A stretch of DNA of 64,000 nt, from assembly GCF_009914755.1 (NCBI RefSeq), contig NC_060930.1. One strand, written 5' to 3'. Source of the DNA: the human T2T-CHM13v2.0 reference genome, Homo sapiens. Below are positions 13,006-31,306 of this stretch, one piece after another. Below the pieces are notes generated by a model. The model did no database searches. It was not told the DNA's origin and worked only from the letters and a program-made list of their open reading frames with translations. Every line of letters begins with the position of its first letter. Within the stretch, counting starts at the first letter, position 1. A program made the translations under genes and the position numbers.

Positions 13006-13068
13006 AGACCATCAAGGCTAGGAAGAAACTGCGTCAACTAACGAGCAAAATAACCAGCTAACATCATA

Positions 13069-16897
<3,829 letters not shown>

Positions 16898-17113
16898 CAA
16901 TGAGAACACATGGACACAGGAAGGGGAACATCACACACTGGGGACTGTTGTGGGGTGGGGGGAGGGGGGAGGGATAGCACTAGGAGATATACCTAATGCT
17001 AAATGACGAGTTAATGGGTGCAGCACACTAACATGGCACATGTATACATATGTAACAAACCTGCACATTGTGCACATGTACCCTGAAACTTAAAATATAA
17101 TAATAATAATAAT

Positions 17114-17531
17114 AAATGAACTACAAAAATATTTATTATTTCTTGATGGGTCAGGAATTCAGGTTCAGTGAGGCATTTTGTTTTTCTGCACTGTGTGTAG
17201 GGTCACTCAGCCAGGAGCACTGCTGAGCTAGAATCTCCAAGAGGGCCTTTCATCCTTTATGGTTCTACATGTGGCCCCTATGCATTCAGTAGTCTACTTT
17301 TTCTAAGCATGGAAGCTGGGCTTTAAGAACGAGGAAGCAGAAGTTACCAATTCCTTAAGGCCGAGGGTTGAAATCCCAAAATGTCACTACTGTATTCTAT
17401 TGGTCAAAGCAACACACAAAGCCAGGATTCAAGAGAAGGAAATAGATTCAGCCTGTTGATATGAGAAACCATATACGAATATCGGGATAAGAGTAACTGT
17501 TGGTAGATGTAATTGAAAACCATCTATAACA
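17114..17531 (-). mobile_element. MLT1-family LTR, right part
   Basis: ATTTATTATTTCT...GGGTCAGGAATTCAGG...TGTCACTACTGTATTCTATTGGTCAAAGCAACACACAAAGCC...CCATCTATAACA. Confidence 0.7.
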
Positions 17532-17559
17532 GATAGTTAAATATTAGTATCATGCCTCT

Positions 17560-19150
<1,591 letters not shown>

Positions 19151-19658
19151 AGTAAATTCTCATTTTCTTTTTTGTTTTAAAATATAGTTAATTCTATATG
19201 CCCATTGAAATGTATTTTATATTATGATGAGATGTGAGATTTAAACATATTTTTCTTATAAATTACTAATTATTTCTCTCAACAATAGCCTTGGGTGAAG
19301 CTAAACTGTGATGTTTCTTTTGTTCTGTCATAATACCGCTTAGTATTAGATTCTGTCTTTCCGTCTTACTGCGTCATGCTTTTAAAGTTATTTTTTAAAA
19401 AGAAAATCATTATGTTTTAACAAAGGATAGAGCTAGTCATCCCATTTTCTTTTTATTCACAACTTTCTCATTCTTCCCAGTTGATTTTTGTATATGCATG
19501 CCAACTCACTCACATACTACATCCTGGTCACACCAATGATAAGAAGTAGAGTCTCTTTCATACTTTTATGTCTAGACTCTTTTCTAGGTACTATTTCTAC
19601 TTAGATTTGCTACTAGAATTTTGGGATTTCTGGCATGATGTTTGAGACGTGATATATA

Positions 19659-19870
19659 CAGGTAAAATCTTCCTTTCTTTAATGCTGAGGACTGAAATGT
19701 CAGATTTTTTTTTTATTTTTTCAGATTTTTGAGTATCTGTATTAGGTTTAACGTCCCAAACCTAAAAATCCAGAATCCAAAATGCTCCAAAGAGTATTCA
19801 TTTTGAGTACTATGTTGGTGATCAAAATTTTAGGATTTTGGAGCATTTCAGATTTTGTAGATTCAATCTG
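19659..19870. mobile_element. Tigger4a/MER46A MITE, TA-flanked
   Basis: TA|CAGGT...AATCTG|TA ends; internal AATCCAAAATGCTCCAA / TTTTGGAGCATTTCAGATTTT inverted motifs. Confidence 0.75.
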
Positions 19871-20666
19871 TATCTCCTTCCCTCTAATTGGCCACCAATT
19901 CTGTCTGCTTTCCTCTTGTTGAACCTTGTTTCATCACACTTTCTAATTCTATTTGATTTTCTGCCTTTGGTGTCTGTCCCTCCTGAGGTGAGGCTTCCCC
20001 CTATTTTAACAACATCTGCACACTCCTTACTCCATACTCCACAACTTAACAATGATACCAGCCTCTGAACATATTTTTTAAATGGGAGTAAATTTGGGCT
20101 TTTGAAATTTATTTTACAGTTTTTTCCTTCATTTTTTGCCTAAAATGTTTCATTGCAAGTTTGTCAGTGTTATCTTATAATTTGGGGAAAATTATTGACA
20201 TCTTTTAAAATAAGAACATTTTATTTCTTGTCAAATTTTCTTATACTCTGTTGGTATTTTCTCTAAATTGGTTACATGTTTCTTATTAGAGGCAAACGTG
20301 GATGTTTGTAAATTAATTGCTATTGCGAATTAGAGTTATTTTTCATCGCATTTATAAGTGATATTTGCGATGATATGCTTTGTGCCTTGGAAACTTTTCT
20401 GGGAAAATTTATTTGGTATTTTGACATCTTTTATAATTCTTCATTATGAAAGAATTTTTAAACTAGTTTTCATAATGTAATATATGTCATAATTTTGTCT
20501 TTTGCTGTATTTATATGCTTTGTTTATTTTGGCTATTTAAGAACCTTTGTATAACAAAGACTTGTAGAACAAAGAATTTTATAAACTGATATAAATGCTT
20601 ATTAAAATTTAAAATGTATTTTTAATACCGTGTTCTAAAATTGTATATGTTGTGTGTGTATGTTAA

Positions 20667-21026
20667 TGATATGATTTGGTTGTGTCCCCATCCAAATATA
20701 TTGAATTATAATTCCCATAATCCCCACATGTCATGGGAAGGACCTGATGGGAGGTAATTGAACCATGGGAGTTGTTACCTTCATGCTGTTCTTGTGATAG
20801 TGAGTGAGTTCTCACAAGATCTGATGGTTTCGTAAGGGGCTTTTCCCCCTTTTGTTTGGCACTTCTCCTTCCTGCCTTGATATGAAGAAGGACATGTTTG
20901 CTTCCCCTTCTGCCATGATTGTAAGTTTCCTGAGGCTTCCTCAGCCCTGCAGAACTGTGAGTCAATTAAACTTTTTTCCTTATAAATTACCCAATCTTGG
21001 GTATTTCTTCATAGCAGCATGAGAAT
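20667..21026 (+). mobile_element. THE1C/THE1D-like MaLR solo LTR (last ~10 nt missing)
   Basis: TGATATGATTTGGTTGTGTCCCCA...GTGAGTGAGTTCTCACAAGATCTGATGGTTT...CCATGATTGTAAGTTTCCTGAGGC...GTCAATTAAAC...CATAGCAGCATGAGAA. Confidence 0.92.
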
Positions 21027-22199
21027 ATCTGCCTATCTAAAGCATAGGACATACATACACTAACCATGTTATTTCCTTACTTCCCCTAAACATCACAATG
21101 CATTCCGTGAACTAGAAATTAATGTATTCCTTGAAATATAAATTAATACATTCCTTGAATTAGAAAATGTAAAAAGTAATTAATGGGAACAGGACTTGGT
21201 ATAATGACTATTTTTCACCATTAGTGTTTTATTTTGTTCTATCACTGTGTCAAGGCATACACTTGGAAATTGGACAAGTATACCTTTATTATAGATCACC
21301 TGGCTCCGTCCTTAGAATGAGAGAAGCTTCAAGAAGAAGGTTCGTTTGAGAAAGCCTGAAAGAGGTGGAACTAGCATGAATATGTTCCTCTGAAACTGAG
21401 AAATGTATAATCTTATTGCACTCAAAATGAAAGCAATAAAGCTTGGTAGCAAAATAATAGCCAGACTCACAGGTTTAGACTTTATCTTTTAACCCAAGAC
21501 TATTGGAGAAAGGTTAATGCTAATGAAGATAATCTCATAAGCAGAACACTCAGAATAGAGATGGGGAGACTTAGAGAGCAAGCCCACTAGGAATACACTG
21601 GATTTCCTCATTAAACTCTTAATATAATTCTATGAACATGGTATGCTAAGTACAGGAACAGGTTGAAAAAAGAATCAGTAAAGATGCTTGCCCAGGAAAG
21701 ATCCCTGGCTGGGGCACACACACACATACACAAACACATACATGTATACAAATGTATCTTGGTAATTCTGTTTGTGCTAGGCTAGAGAAGTATTCCTTTA
21801 GCATTCGACATGTGCTGATGGAGCCAGATACCAAAAAACTTACAGAGTGGGAGGTTACAGCTCTGAGATGTAAGATTTGCCAAGGAAAATCCAAATACAG
21901 ATCAAATATTTTTTTCTTAAGTAACACTTTTAATAGTCTATTTTTTGTATTATAGGATTATAATATTTTTTGTATTATAAAATTGTAAGATATTAAAAAA
22001 TAGCTATTAACCTGAAAGTAAGGTTGATTATAAAACACATTGCTTCCTCATAACCACTGATATTAAAATAATCAATTGACACACTGGCATTCATATTATA
22101 TCAAGTTAAACATATGCAGAGTCTACCCCCTTTCCTCAGTTCTGCCAATGTCACTAAGTTGGCTTTCTCCAAAGTCTACATAACGTCACAAACTGAGAT

Positions 22200-22250
22200 T
22201 GAGACATTGGTCAGCCTTCCTTCGAATGAGACATTGGTCAGCCTTCCTTC
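22200..22250. repeat. 27-bp-period tandem duplication (two identical 24-mers)
   Basis: TGAGACATTGGTCAGCCTTCCTTC at 22200-22223 and 22227-22250. Confidence 0.95.
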
Positions 22251-23774
22251 AAGTACTTAGTGCAAAAATGTTTATTTTACATCTTTAAGTACAACTTTGA
22301 TTTTGGGAAGACAAATGGAGAATTTTGGGGCGGGTTCTGTGTAAAGAAAAATATTTTTAAAACACACTTCATTTTAAGATTTTTAAGGAAAGCTATCCAA
22401 AAATTATAGCATAATGATAAGCTAACACATTGTTTTGTCTAAATAAATCCATGTGCTGGAGCGCTGATTCTAGGATATCTTCCAAAGCTATAGACCTTTG
22501 GTGTTTCCCTTGGTGCACACATGTGCATCTGCTGTGCCAGCGTGCTGTACTGCTTTGACTCAAATGTCCTCCATATCCAGGCATTAAGTCACTATACTGG
22601 ACATGCACCACTGGAATGCTGTGGCCTACATAACGTGTATGTGGTTTACATTGTCAGTAACTGGGAAGCAATTTAATTGTCTGACTCAATTACAGTAAGT
22701 GAGAGCCAGACTGCCAACTCTTCATTCACCTCACTGAAAACGAATGCCTCAAAGTCAAGCCAAATTCTCGAAGGAGAAGCTGGGTCAGCAAAGCTGTTGC
22801 TGAGGCACGTGTGTTCCAGTCTGTATTTTGAGAAAGTTGTTGGTTTTCCTTGATCCTTTATTTCCAGCTCTGGATGTCCGAAGCTGGTCAAACTCTAGGA
22901 TAAACAGTGCAATTGAGTTTGACTCATAGCTGAATGGGGATTCTATTTTGGGCAACTGCTACTTAGATTAAAGCCAAAAGAAATAGTACCCAGTAGGAGG
23001 AACCATAATGAAACTGGGTTTTGATTAAGATGCAAAGTGTACATTTTCCAAGCAGCACTGATATACTAGAATTCCACTGTGGTCTTAATCTCTGGTACAG
23101 AGGATTAGCTTGGACTCTTGGGACTGGACTCTTGGGAATAGACTACTTCATGTCTTCTATGGTTAACTGCCTGAAGATTAGTTTGCCAAGTGACTCCATC
23201 TTTGACATGCCAAAACTGGCTTCTGACAAGAAGGTTGGGGTATGCCTCATCACAGAGCTGACATGTATCAAGAAACAGCCCAAGTGTCCATGAGAAACAA
23301 CTCTTCCAACTCTGTTTCTAATGAGCTAAGGGAATCTGTACAAATCTCTTTGGGACTTGCCAAGCAGTAGGCGTTAGATTTTGTCATCCCTTCTTTGGAA
23401 CCTATGTAAAAGATAATCAGTAAGGGTGGTGATCAAGGCTGCCATTCCCTGTGATAAGTCCCAGAGAAATGCAGAAAAAATTCTAGTAAGAAAAGGAAAG
23501 CTGTAGTGAGAGATCTCTTTGTTTAATCTATCAACTCTGAAAGCAAGTAATTCTTCAATATTTATAGTAACTATGAGAAATCATACAAATTAATAGGCAG
23601 GTAAACCACTGACATATTTTAAAAGTTCTAATGATTATGATAGAAAATTGTTCTTCTTTTGCTCACAAACTGAATTTATTCAGTTAAAGGAGGACTCAGA
23701 GTGGGGCAGAAGAGAAGGCCAGGAGAGAAAATTCTGACCTGAGACCAGTGCTATTTTGTTTTCATTTTTACTTG

Positions 23775-23935
23775 TATTTTATTTGGTAAAATACAAATAA
23801 CATGAAATTTATCATCTTAACCTTTTTTAAAGTGTGCAGTTGAGTAGTGTTAAGTACATTCACATTGTTATGCAGGCACTCTCCAGAACTCTTTATTTTG
23901 GAAAACTAAACTTTTTATCCATTAAACAACTCCCT
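23775..23935 (-). mobile_element. L1MA/MB-type 3' terminal fragment
   Basis: GGTAAAATACAAATAACATGAAATTTATCATCTTAACC...AAGTACATTCACATTGTTATGCA...CCATTAAACAACTCCC. Confidence 0.75.
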
Positions 23936-24514
23936 GCTGTTTTGTTTTCAAATATTTTAGAAATCATTATGCTTATGAGTACAGAACAGATAATTTCTAT
24001 TTTTTAACCCACTAAGATACCAACAGGTACTGTGGAAGGCTTTTTGCTTACTACCTGCTCAATTTATTTGAGGGAGTTAAAACACTTCCAAAATGTAAGT
24101 CCAACTAGTTCATTTTTTGTTTCTATTTTATCAGTGTCTTTAGGATGATATGGCTATGTTTGAAAGATTGATGGATCAGGAATTATTATTTCAGTTCCAG
24201 GACAGTTTGTTTTTTAAAAAATACAATATAAAGATGATGTAATGACATGAGATAAACTCTTTAACTGATTATGGCATTATACATCACCATTAAACGATTA
24301 AAAAACATGCTATTTTATAAAGATAATGTTAATCAACAGTGGCTGGCTCTTTCAAAGTCTTCACTTGCTTTCCACACAGTACATTTTAAAAATAGTATCT
24401 CACAATTTTCTAATAATTAATAGTTAAAAAATTTTCTTTTGGAAATCTTATAACTTGAAAGACGTTCTTTTAAAAAATGGTCCACATAGTTGTTGGGGCT
24501 GGTAAGGATAGGGA

Positions 24515-24700
24515 ACTGTGGTAGAGGATAGTGGCCCTGGCATCAGATCTAAATAGATTTGGGCCCAGGCTCTGCCACTTTGTAACTGTTGGTTATATCT
24601 TTCCTTTTCTACTCAGTTTATCTATGAAATGAAAAAAAATAATGCAATAATGCATGTAAAGTTCAGCATAGTGCATGACACATAGGAAACAGTTAATATA
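24515..24700 (+). mobile_element. MIR SINE
   Basis: CCCAGGCTCTGCCACTT...ATGCATGTAAAGTTCAGCATAGTGCATGACACATAG. Confidence 0.6.
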
Positions 24701-25464
24701 AGTCACTGATTATTAAAATAAGAAAAATGGGTACATACATACACACAGTGTCCTTTATTCCATTTACCAATGTCCGAGATTGAAGTATTTCTTTAAAATA
24801 TGATGCAAAGACCTCCAGTATCTTTGTTCTTAGACACAGTCTAGAAAATACTTGGCAGGTAAAATGTAGAACCACCTATGGTTCCTAGTTTCCTAGTTCC
24901 CAGAAGACCCCATTCTCCTCACTGCTGAGGGCTAATATTCTAAATACAAATACTATCAGCTTCATCTTACTCTATTTTATTAATTATTTCTCTTCTATTT
25001 CCTTCCTCTCTCTTCTCCTCTCTAGAAAGAAGACTGACTGAGATGTGTTGGCGGGCTTCTCAAGATCCCTATCGATGGCAGAATGCTGACATGAGTTGCC
25101 CATAGTCCAGGTACACTGAGTAGGACTGCAAAATCAGTGCTAACAGCTGCCGATCATTCTTCATCATAATGTTAAGATGAAAATGTTTTTGGAGGAATAT
25201 ACTTTAAATTCTGGGTGGTAACAATATCTTTTAAAAAGATTATTTGTGTATTTTTAATATTTTGGCAACAAATATGTCACTTTTATAACCAGAAATAGTA
25301 AACATTTAAAGAAAAGAAAGAAATTGACAGTATGATTAAGAGAGTGTTCATCCAGGGCAGGAACACTTTCTGTTCCCTTTCTGCTGTTTCCACCACAATT
25401 TTTAAGAATCTTGACTACATGGAGATGTAGATGACTTGGACATCTGGATTATGCATTTTATTAT

Positions 25465-25650
25465 TCTTGTCATTCCTCATGACATTTCTGACAACTTCCC
25501 TTAGGCATAAAAAAAACTCTATGAAGTACATTGGCACATGACATATATATACATACACTCTTGTCATTCCTCATGACATTTCTGACAACTTCCCTTAGGC
25601 ATAAAAAACTCTATGAAGTATATTGGCACATGACATATATATACATACAT
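25465..25650. repeat. ~94-bp tandem duplication (2 copies)
   Basis: TCTTGTCATTCCTCATGACATTTCTG...ATATACATACA starts at 25465 and 25559; copies differ by A8 vs A6 and one C/T. Confidence 0.97.
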
Positions 25651-27554
25651 ATACACATACATACATATGTATGTATATGATTGTTCAAATATATATATTT
25701 ATATTTATATTTCCTTCCTGGAGTTTCTACATGTAAATTAAATTGAAAATGTGTAAATTATTTCCTTTATTTTTCTGCTTTTTGGCCTGAGAGGTTTTCT
25801 CACACATTTACTTTTTCCTTCTATTCATATGACGTTTGAGAATGTTGAGTGCTTAAGCTTGTATCTTATCTTCTATAGAAGCCTTTGGTATATCAGATAA
25901 ATTTCTCTTGTTCATATGGGGTATATTTCAGTGGAATGACCCATTGATGTATACAGTTAAAAAAAGTAAACATAGTGGCACTAAAAGCATTTTCTGAAAA
26001 CAAGTTGAAAATGAAATTGATAATATATTTTAAAATTTACTTAGAAGAGCAATATCTCTGGTACATGGACATATTTTTCTTGCTTGGAATTTTTCAAAAT
26101 TTCTGTATATCTATTTTAAGAAATTATAACAGAACATTTACAACTTCCTTAGTGAGAAAAAAGGTAACTTCATATACCACTTGTTCCATATGCCCCTGTT
26201 ATGTCAAAATCTCTAACATTTTATTTTTTTGATCCAGTCAGCTATGTCAGGAAACACATCAGTTCACGACACAGGAACAATCCTGGAGTCTATTTTCTTA
26301 TACTGCTTTTAATTGTTTTTTTTTTTCCTTTGTGAGTCAAGGACATCAGTTTCAACAAGCCTGGTGTATCAGTAAGCATGTGGACCACCTAATCACATAG
26401 ACTGATAGAAAGCAGCATAATATATTATGGGCCAGGAGCTTCAGCTTCCTGGATCACTTCTTCCCCAGAAATTCCTTACAAGAAACCTGCTCTGCCAGAC
26501 TAGGTCGAAGTTATTACCACAAAACTTGGTGGACTCCCTCTTCTCATGTGGCAAATTTATCTCAAAATCATTTTTTTAGAAAAAAATGAATAGCCTTACT
26601 CATAAATATGAGTAACAAATATCATACTCAATTTCTAAAAATTTTGAAAAGAAATTAAACAGAATGGAGGAGATTTGCAATAGGAAAACTTTGATGAGTA
26701 GCTCTTGAAATAAGTGGGAAAGAGTCTGCTCTATTTACAGAGACTTTCCAAGTCCACAGAGGCACATATTGAATATATTATGGGCCATTTTCTCCTCCTT
26801 TAATACGTAAGATGCTTTTTTTTCCTGGATTCTCTTAATTTTTAATGTACTGATTGTTCATACTTTGGCTGCCTAGTGCATAAAAAATAAGCCTCATCAT
26901 GATGATTTTTCAGAGAACTTCTCTAATCTTACCTGTATATGGCATGTGTCATTGTATTGATCGTCTCTGATGTGAACAGACAGGACAGCACTTTCAAACT
27001 CTATTTGGCAAATCTCCAGAAGTGAGTGATGAGTTCTTAGGAAAATGCAAAATTAATTAAAATAATGACATTTATTGGGTATTTAGACTTTCATATATGT
27101 GTGTATATGTATATGTATGTTACAGTATTTAGCATATTAAAACGCTGTGATGATTTTATTACATTTTATTATTTATACAGCATAGCAATATATAATTATT
27201 CTCTCCTCTATGTTAGCTTGTTGTACCGTGATGATTTTTTTACCATATTAGATTGTATTATAACACTTCTTTACGTGAACTGAGATTATCTCTAATGCAA
27301 TGACTGGGTCTTACTCTTCCTTGGCTTTGGAGTGCTTTGCGTGATTATTGGCACATAGTAGACAGCCAACACACACTAGTTCGGTGAGTGAAAAACAGAT
27401 AGATGGTTAAATGGATGGTGGGCAGTCATAAGCATATATTCAATACTATAATATTGTCTGTAAAACAAATGTAAGAGATTTTACTAGATTTTTCCTATAG
27501 AGCTCATTAGAATTAAGCATGATGTAAATAGAATGATGAAGTAATACTATATAA

Positions 27555-27781
27555 CAGAGTTTCTCATCAGTGGCAATGTGAACAATTTGGATGAGATAAT
27601 TCTTCATTGCGTGTGCTATCCTGTGAATTGTAGGATATATATCAGCGGATCCGGCCACTACCCAGTAGATGCCAATAGCTATCCTACTCGCTCCAGCTCT
27701 GAAAACCAGAAATGATTCCAGACATTGCCAGCTATCTGTGAGGCAGGGAGGGAAAAAATCCCCTTCAATGAAGAACCTCTG
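27555..27781 (+). mobile_element. MER20 (hAT-Charlie MITE)
   Basis: CAGAGTTTCTCA...GATAATTCTT...CTACCCAGTAGATGCCAATAGC...TCCAGACATTGCCA...AGAACCTCTG. Confidence 0.85.
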
Positions 27782-28719
27782 TATATAGTGTCTGATTTCA
27801 GGATAGTATTACACATTTGTATTACATTTTTCCTTTTCCAAAATGTAAGTACATAATTGGGCAGGGAAATAAAGGGAAAAGTAATGACATTTTCTGCCCA
27901 GATTGGGCAAAATGGAAAGCAATCTTTGTCTTCCAGAAAAATGGTTTCAAGAAATGTTATTTATTCTTGTAAGCTGCATATTTTCAGGCTGTAAAGTAAA
28001 AATAAATCTCTGGATGCTAAAATCCTAGTGGTTAAAATACATGGGCTCTCCATGTGGATTCCTCCTACAACGTATAAATTCCCACCTCTGTTGGAAGAAC
28101 CCTACAGTGCCTTCTTGCATGTTTTATGTTTGGCTTCTATTTTAGAACTGATCTGGCAATTTTCCTAATTAAATATACCCATCATCCAAATTCTGCAGGA
28201 TTTGTCTCTATTTTGTTTCCTTCTACAGGCTGGACAAAATCTGAGTCCTGAACTCCTTAGTTTGTACATAAAATTTAATTAAATCTAATAATCATTTTAC
28301 TGACATGTTTCCAAAATACTCACATCAAAAAAAATTTCCTCACTAAAGAGTCAGATAAGATAAATTCTATGTAATAAGTGAAGAATAAGGAAATGGAAAC
28401 CTAGAGAATTAGGAAACTGTGAGCATATTACTGACAGAACTAGAAGTAAATCTAGTATCTTCAGTCCCAATTCCAAATTCTGAACTTGAACTTACATATA
28501 TGTAAGAATGGCCTTGCGAGCTTGTTAAAAAATGCACATTTTATGCAGCATATGCAGATCATCTGCTTCTGTGGGTGTCTGTCCAATAATTTCCTTTCTT
28601 TACAATATTTATTTATTTATTTATTTATTTTTAGTATCTTGAGTGCCCAAGGTTGCCATCATTATACTAGTCTGGTCATGGTCCACCTTTTACAGGACTG
28701 TTCTGATTATTTAGTTTTT

Positions 28720-30000
28720 TCCCTTTTCTCCAATTTCCACTCTTCCCTCCCTTTTCCTACCATGCACATCTACCTTAATATGTTTAATGCATATTCTTAG
28801 ATATCTGTGCATCTTTGTAAAATCTATAGGTTGTTTTGACTGTACCTGTGTTTTTAATTTTCAAAAATGGTATTTAAAAATACCACAGATCACTTTACGG
28901 CTTTATTTTTTTTATCAGCACTACATTATTAATATTTATTCACATTGCTATGTACATTCAGTTCTTTTGAAGGTATAGTTTTTACATAGCATACACTCAA
29001 CACATTGCCTTGTTCATTTCCTTGAAATGGACACCTGAATTATTTCCATGTCCCAGTTGCCATACTCAAGGTAATGTTGAATGCCATCAAATTCCTTGAT
29101 TGGCTTGTGAGAAAGTTTCTCTTCTGAAGACTTGTTTCACTGGGTTATAAGAAAATATATAACAAAATTTTACACATTACATTCAGAATGCTGGCAGGGA
29201 AGGATATATTCATGAACGCCGCTACGGTGATACACTTCAGCTCTCATCCCCGACCCCACATATTCTCACCAATATTTTGCACTATCTTACCTCAATCTTT
29301 GCCAATACCACTAGTATTAAATGCATCTTTTGCCTGTATTTTTAGTATAAACTGTATCATCCTGTGATAATTCTAATATTGGGCATCTTTCCTTATTTTT
29401 CTTGGACATTTGTATTCTCTATTCTGGTAACCGCCTGTTGTTTTCTCAGTTTTATGTTGTTTTGTTTATTTTCATGTTTATTTCTTATATCTATTAAATC
29501 AAATATCTCTGTCAGTTTTAGACATTGTGAATGATTTCTGACAGATTGTTAGCAGGCTGTTAATATTTTTGTGAAAAAACTCAATTTTAATAATATCACC
29601 TCTATTGATTAATTCATACCTCTAATCTATTTGGTATTTAGCTTTGTGGATATTGTAATGTAGAGATTCAACTATATTTTTTTCTCTTTCAAGTTTGCTG
29701 ATTTGTGGTGCCCTCTGTATGATAAAGTTCCTATATATATCCATAATCCTATTTCTGGGTCATATTCGGTTCCATTGATCTATTGATATGATCCTCTACC
29801 GTTACCACAATGACTTATTTTCTTGCTCTTTCTTACTTGTCTTTCTTGTCTGTCCTTCCTTCCTCTTCTTTCTCTTCTGTTTTTCTTTCTCACTTTCTTT
29901 CTTTTCTCCTCTATTCCCCTCTTCTTCCTTCCTGTTAAAATTTTCATCACTGTTCTTTTAAAAAATTCAATCACCATAGTTTTGTAGCATATCTATTATA
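28720..30000 (-). mobile_element. Highly decayed old L1 (L1ME-like), antisense
   Basis: Faint antisense L1 motifs (GGACACCTGAATTATTTCCA, TTCTCACCAATATTT, GTTCCATTGATCTATT). Confidence 0.5.
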
Positions 30001-30139
30001 ACTTGTCAGTCAGTGTTCTCTAGAGAAACAGAACCAATAAGAAAGGCAGGTAGATAGATAGATAAATAGATAGGTGATAGATACATACATACCTACATAC
30101 ATAGATTGATCTTAGAGAGAAAAAAAGAGAGTTTTTTAA

Positions 30140-30632
30140 CCCTTTTCCCATTTAGAAAAACAAAGTGCAGCTTGCTGCCAGCATTTATTCTACATAAACA
30201 AACACACTTTTTGAGGATGAAGCAAATTTGACTGATTTTCAATGTAAAAATAAAATAAAAACAGTTCTTGGAGTTATTTCTAAACAGCACTAACATCAGA
30301 ATCATCTGAATCATCAGGATCATCTATTTCAGAAACATCAGATTCATCAAATGAATCCTCGCTGTTCAAGAACGATGTTAACATCATGAATAGGAATTCC
30401 ACATTTTCTAGGATTTGACATTTTCAGCAATCGAGAATTACTATATTTTGTAAATGGAAATACCACTACTAAAACCAGAATGCTATAAATAGAATGATGT
30501 CTTTTGTTTCCAAAGTTGACATACTAGAGCAATGCAAAAATAATAATAAAAGCAAGATATTTCATGGCAAAATTATCTCGGGGTAACCACTGCAGCAAAA
30601 GTGCTGTGTTCTCAGGGCAAATGGGCAAAGGA
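30140..30632 (-). mobile_element. MER75 piggyBac-family non-autonomous element with TTAA TSDs
   Basis: TTAA at 30136-30139 and 30633-30636; 14-bp TIRs CCCTTTTCCCATTT / AAATGGGCAAAGGA (2 mismatches); minus-strand MSNPRK...EDSFDESD transposase start. Confidence 0.9.
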
Positions 30633-30802
30633 TTAAGGAATTGGCTCATGTGAGTGTGAAGAATCAAAACTCTGAAATCATTAGGACAGGCCAGCTGACT
30701 ATAAACTCAGACAGGATTTCTATGTTACAATCTTGAGGCGGAATTCTCTATTCTTTGGAAAACCTTAGTGTTTGCTCTCAAAACCTTCAAGTTACTCAGT
30801 GA

Positions 30803-31237
<435 letters not shown>

Positions 31238-31306
31238 TAGACTAGTGTTTTATCAGACAACTGGGCATCATAGCCTAGACAAGTAAGTAAATAAAATTAA
31301 CCATCA

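Noticed and set aside
16951-16973. G-quadruplex motif as a novel element
   Set aside because: Standard G-rich tract of the L1 3' UTR.
25465-25650. CRISPR-like or other prokaryotic repeat arrays
   Set aside because: The sequence is primate (Alu, L1PA); the repeats here are two-copy duplications without spacers.
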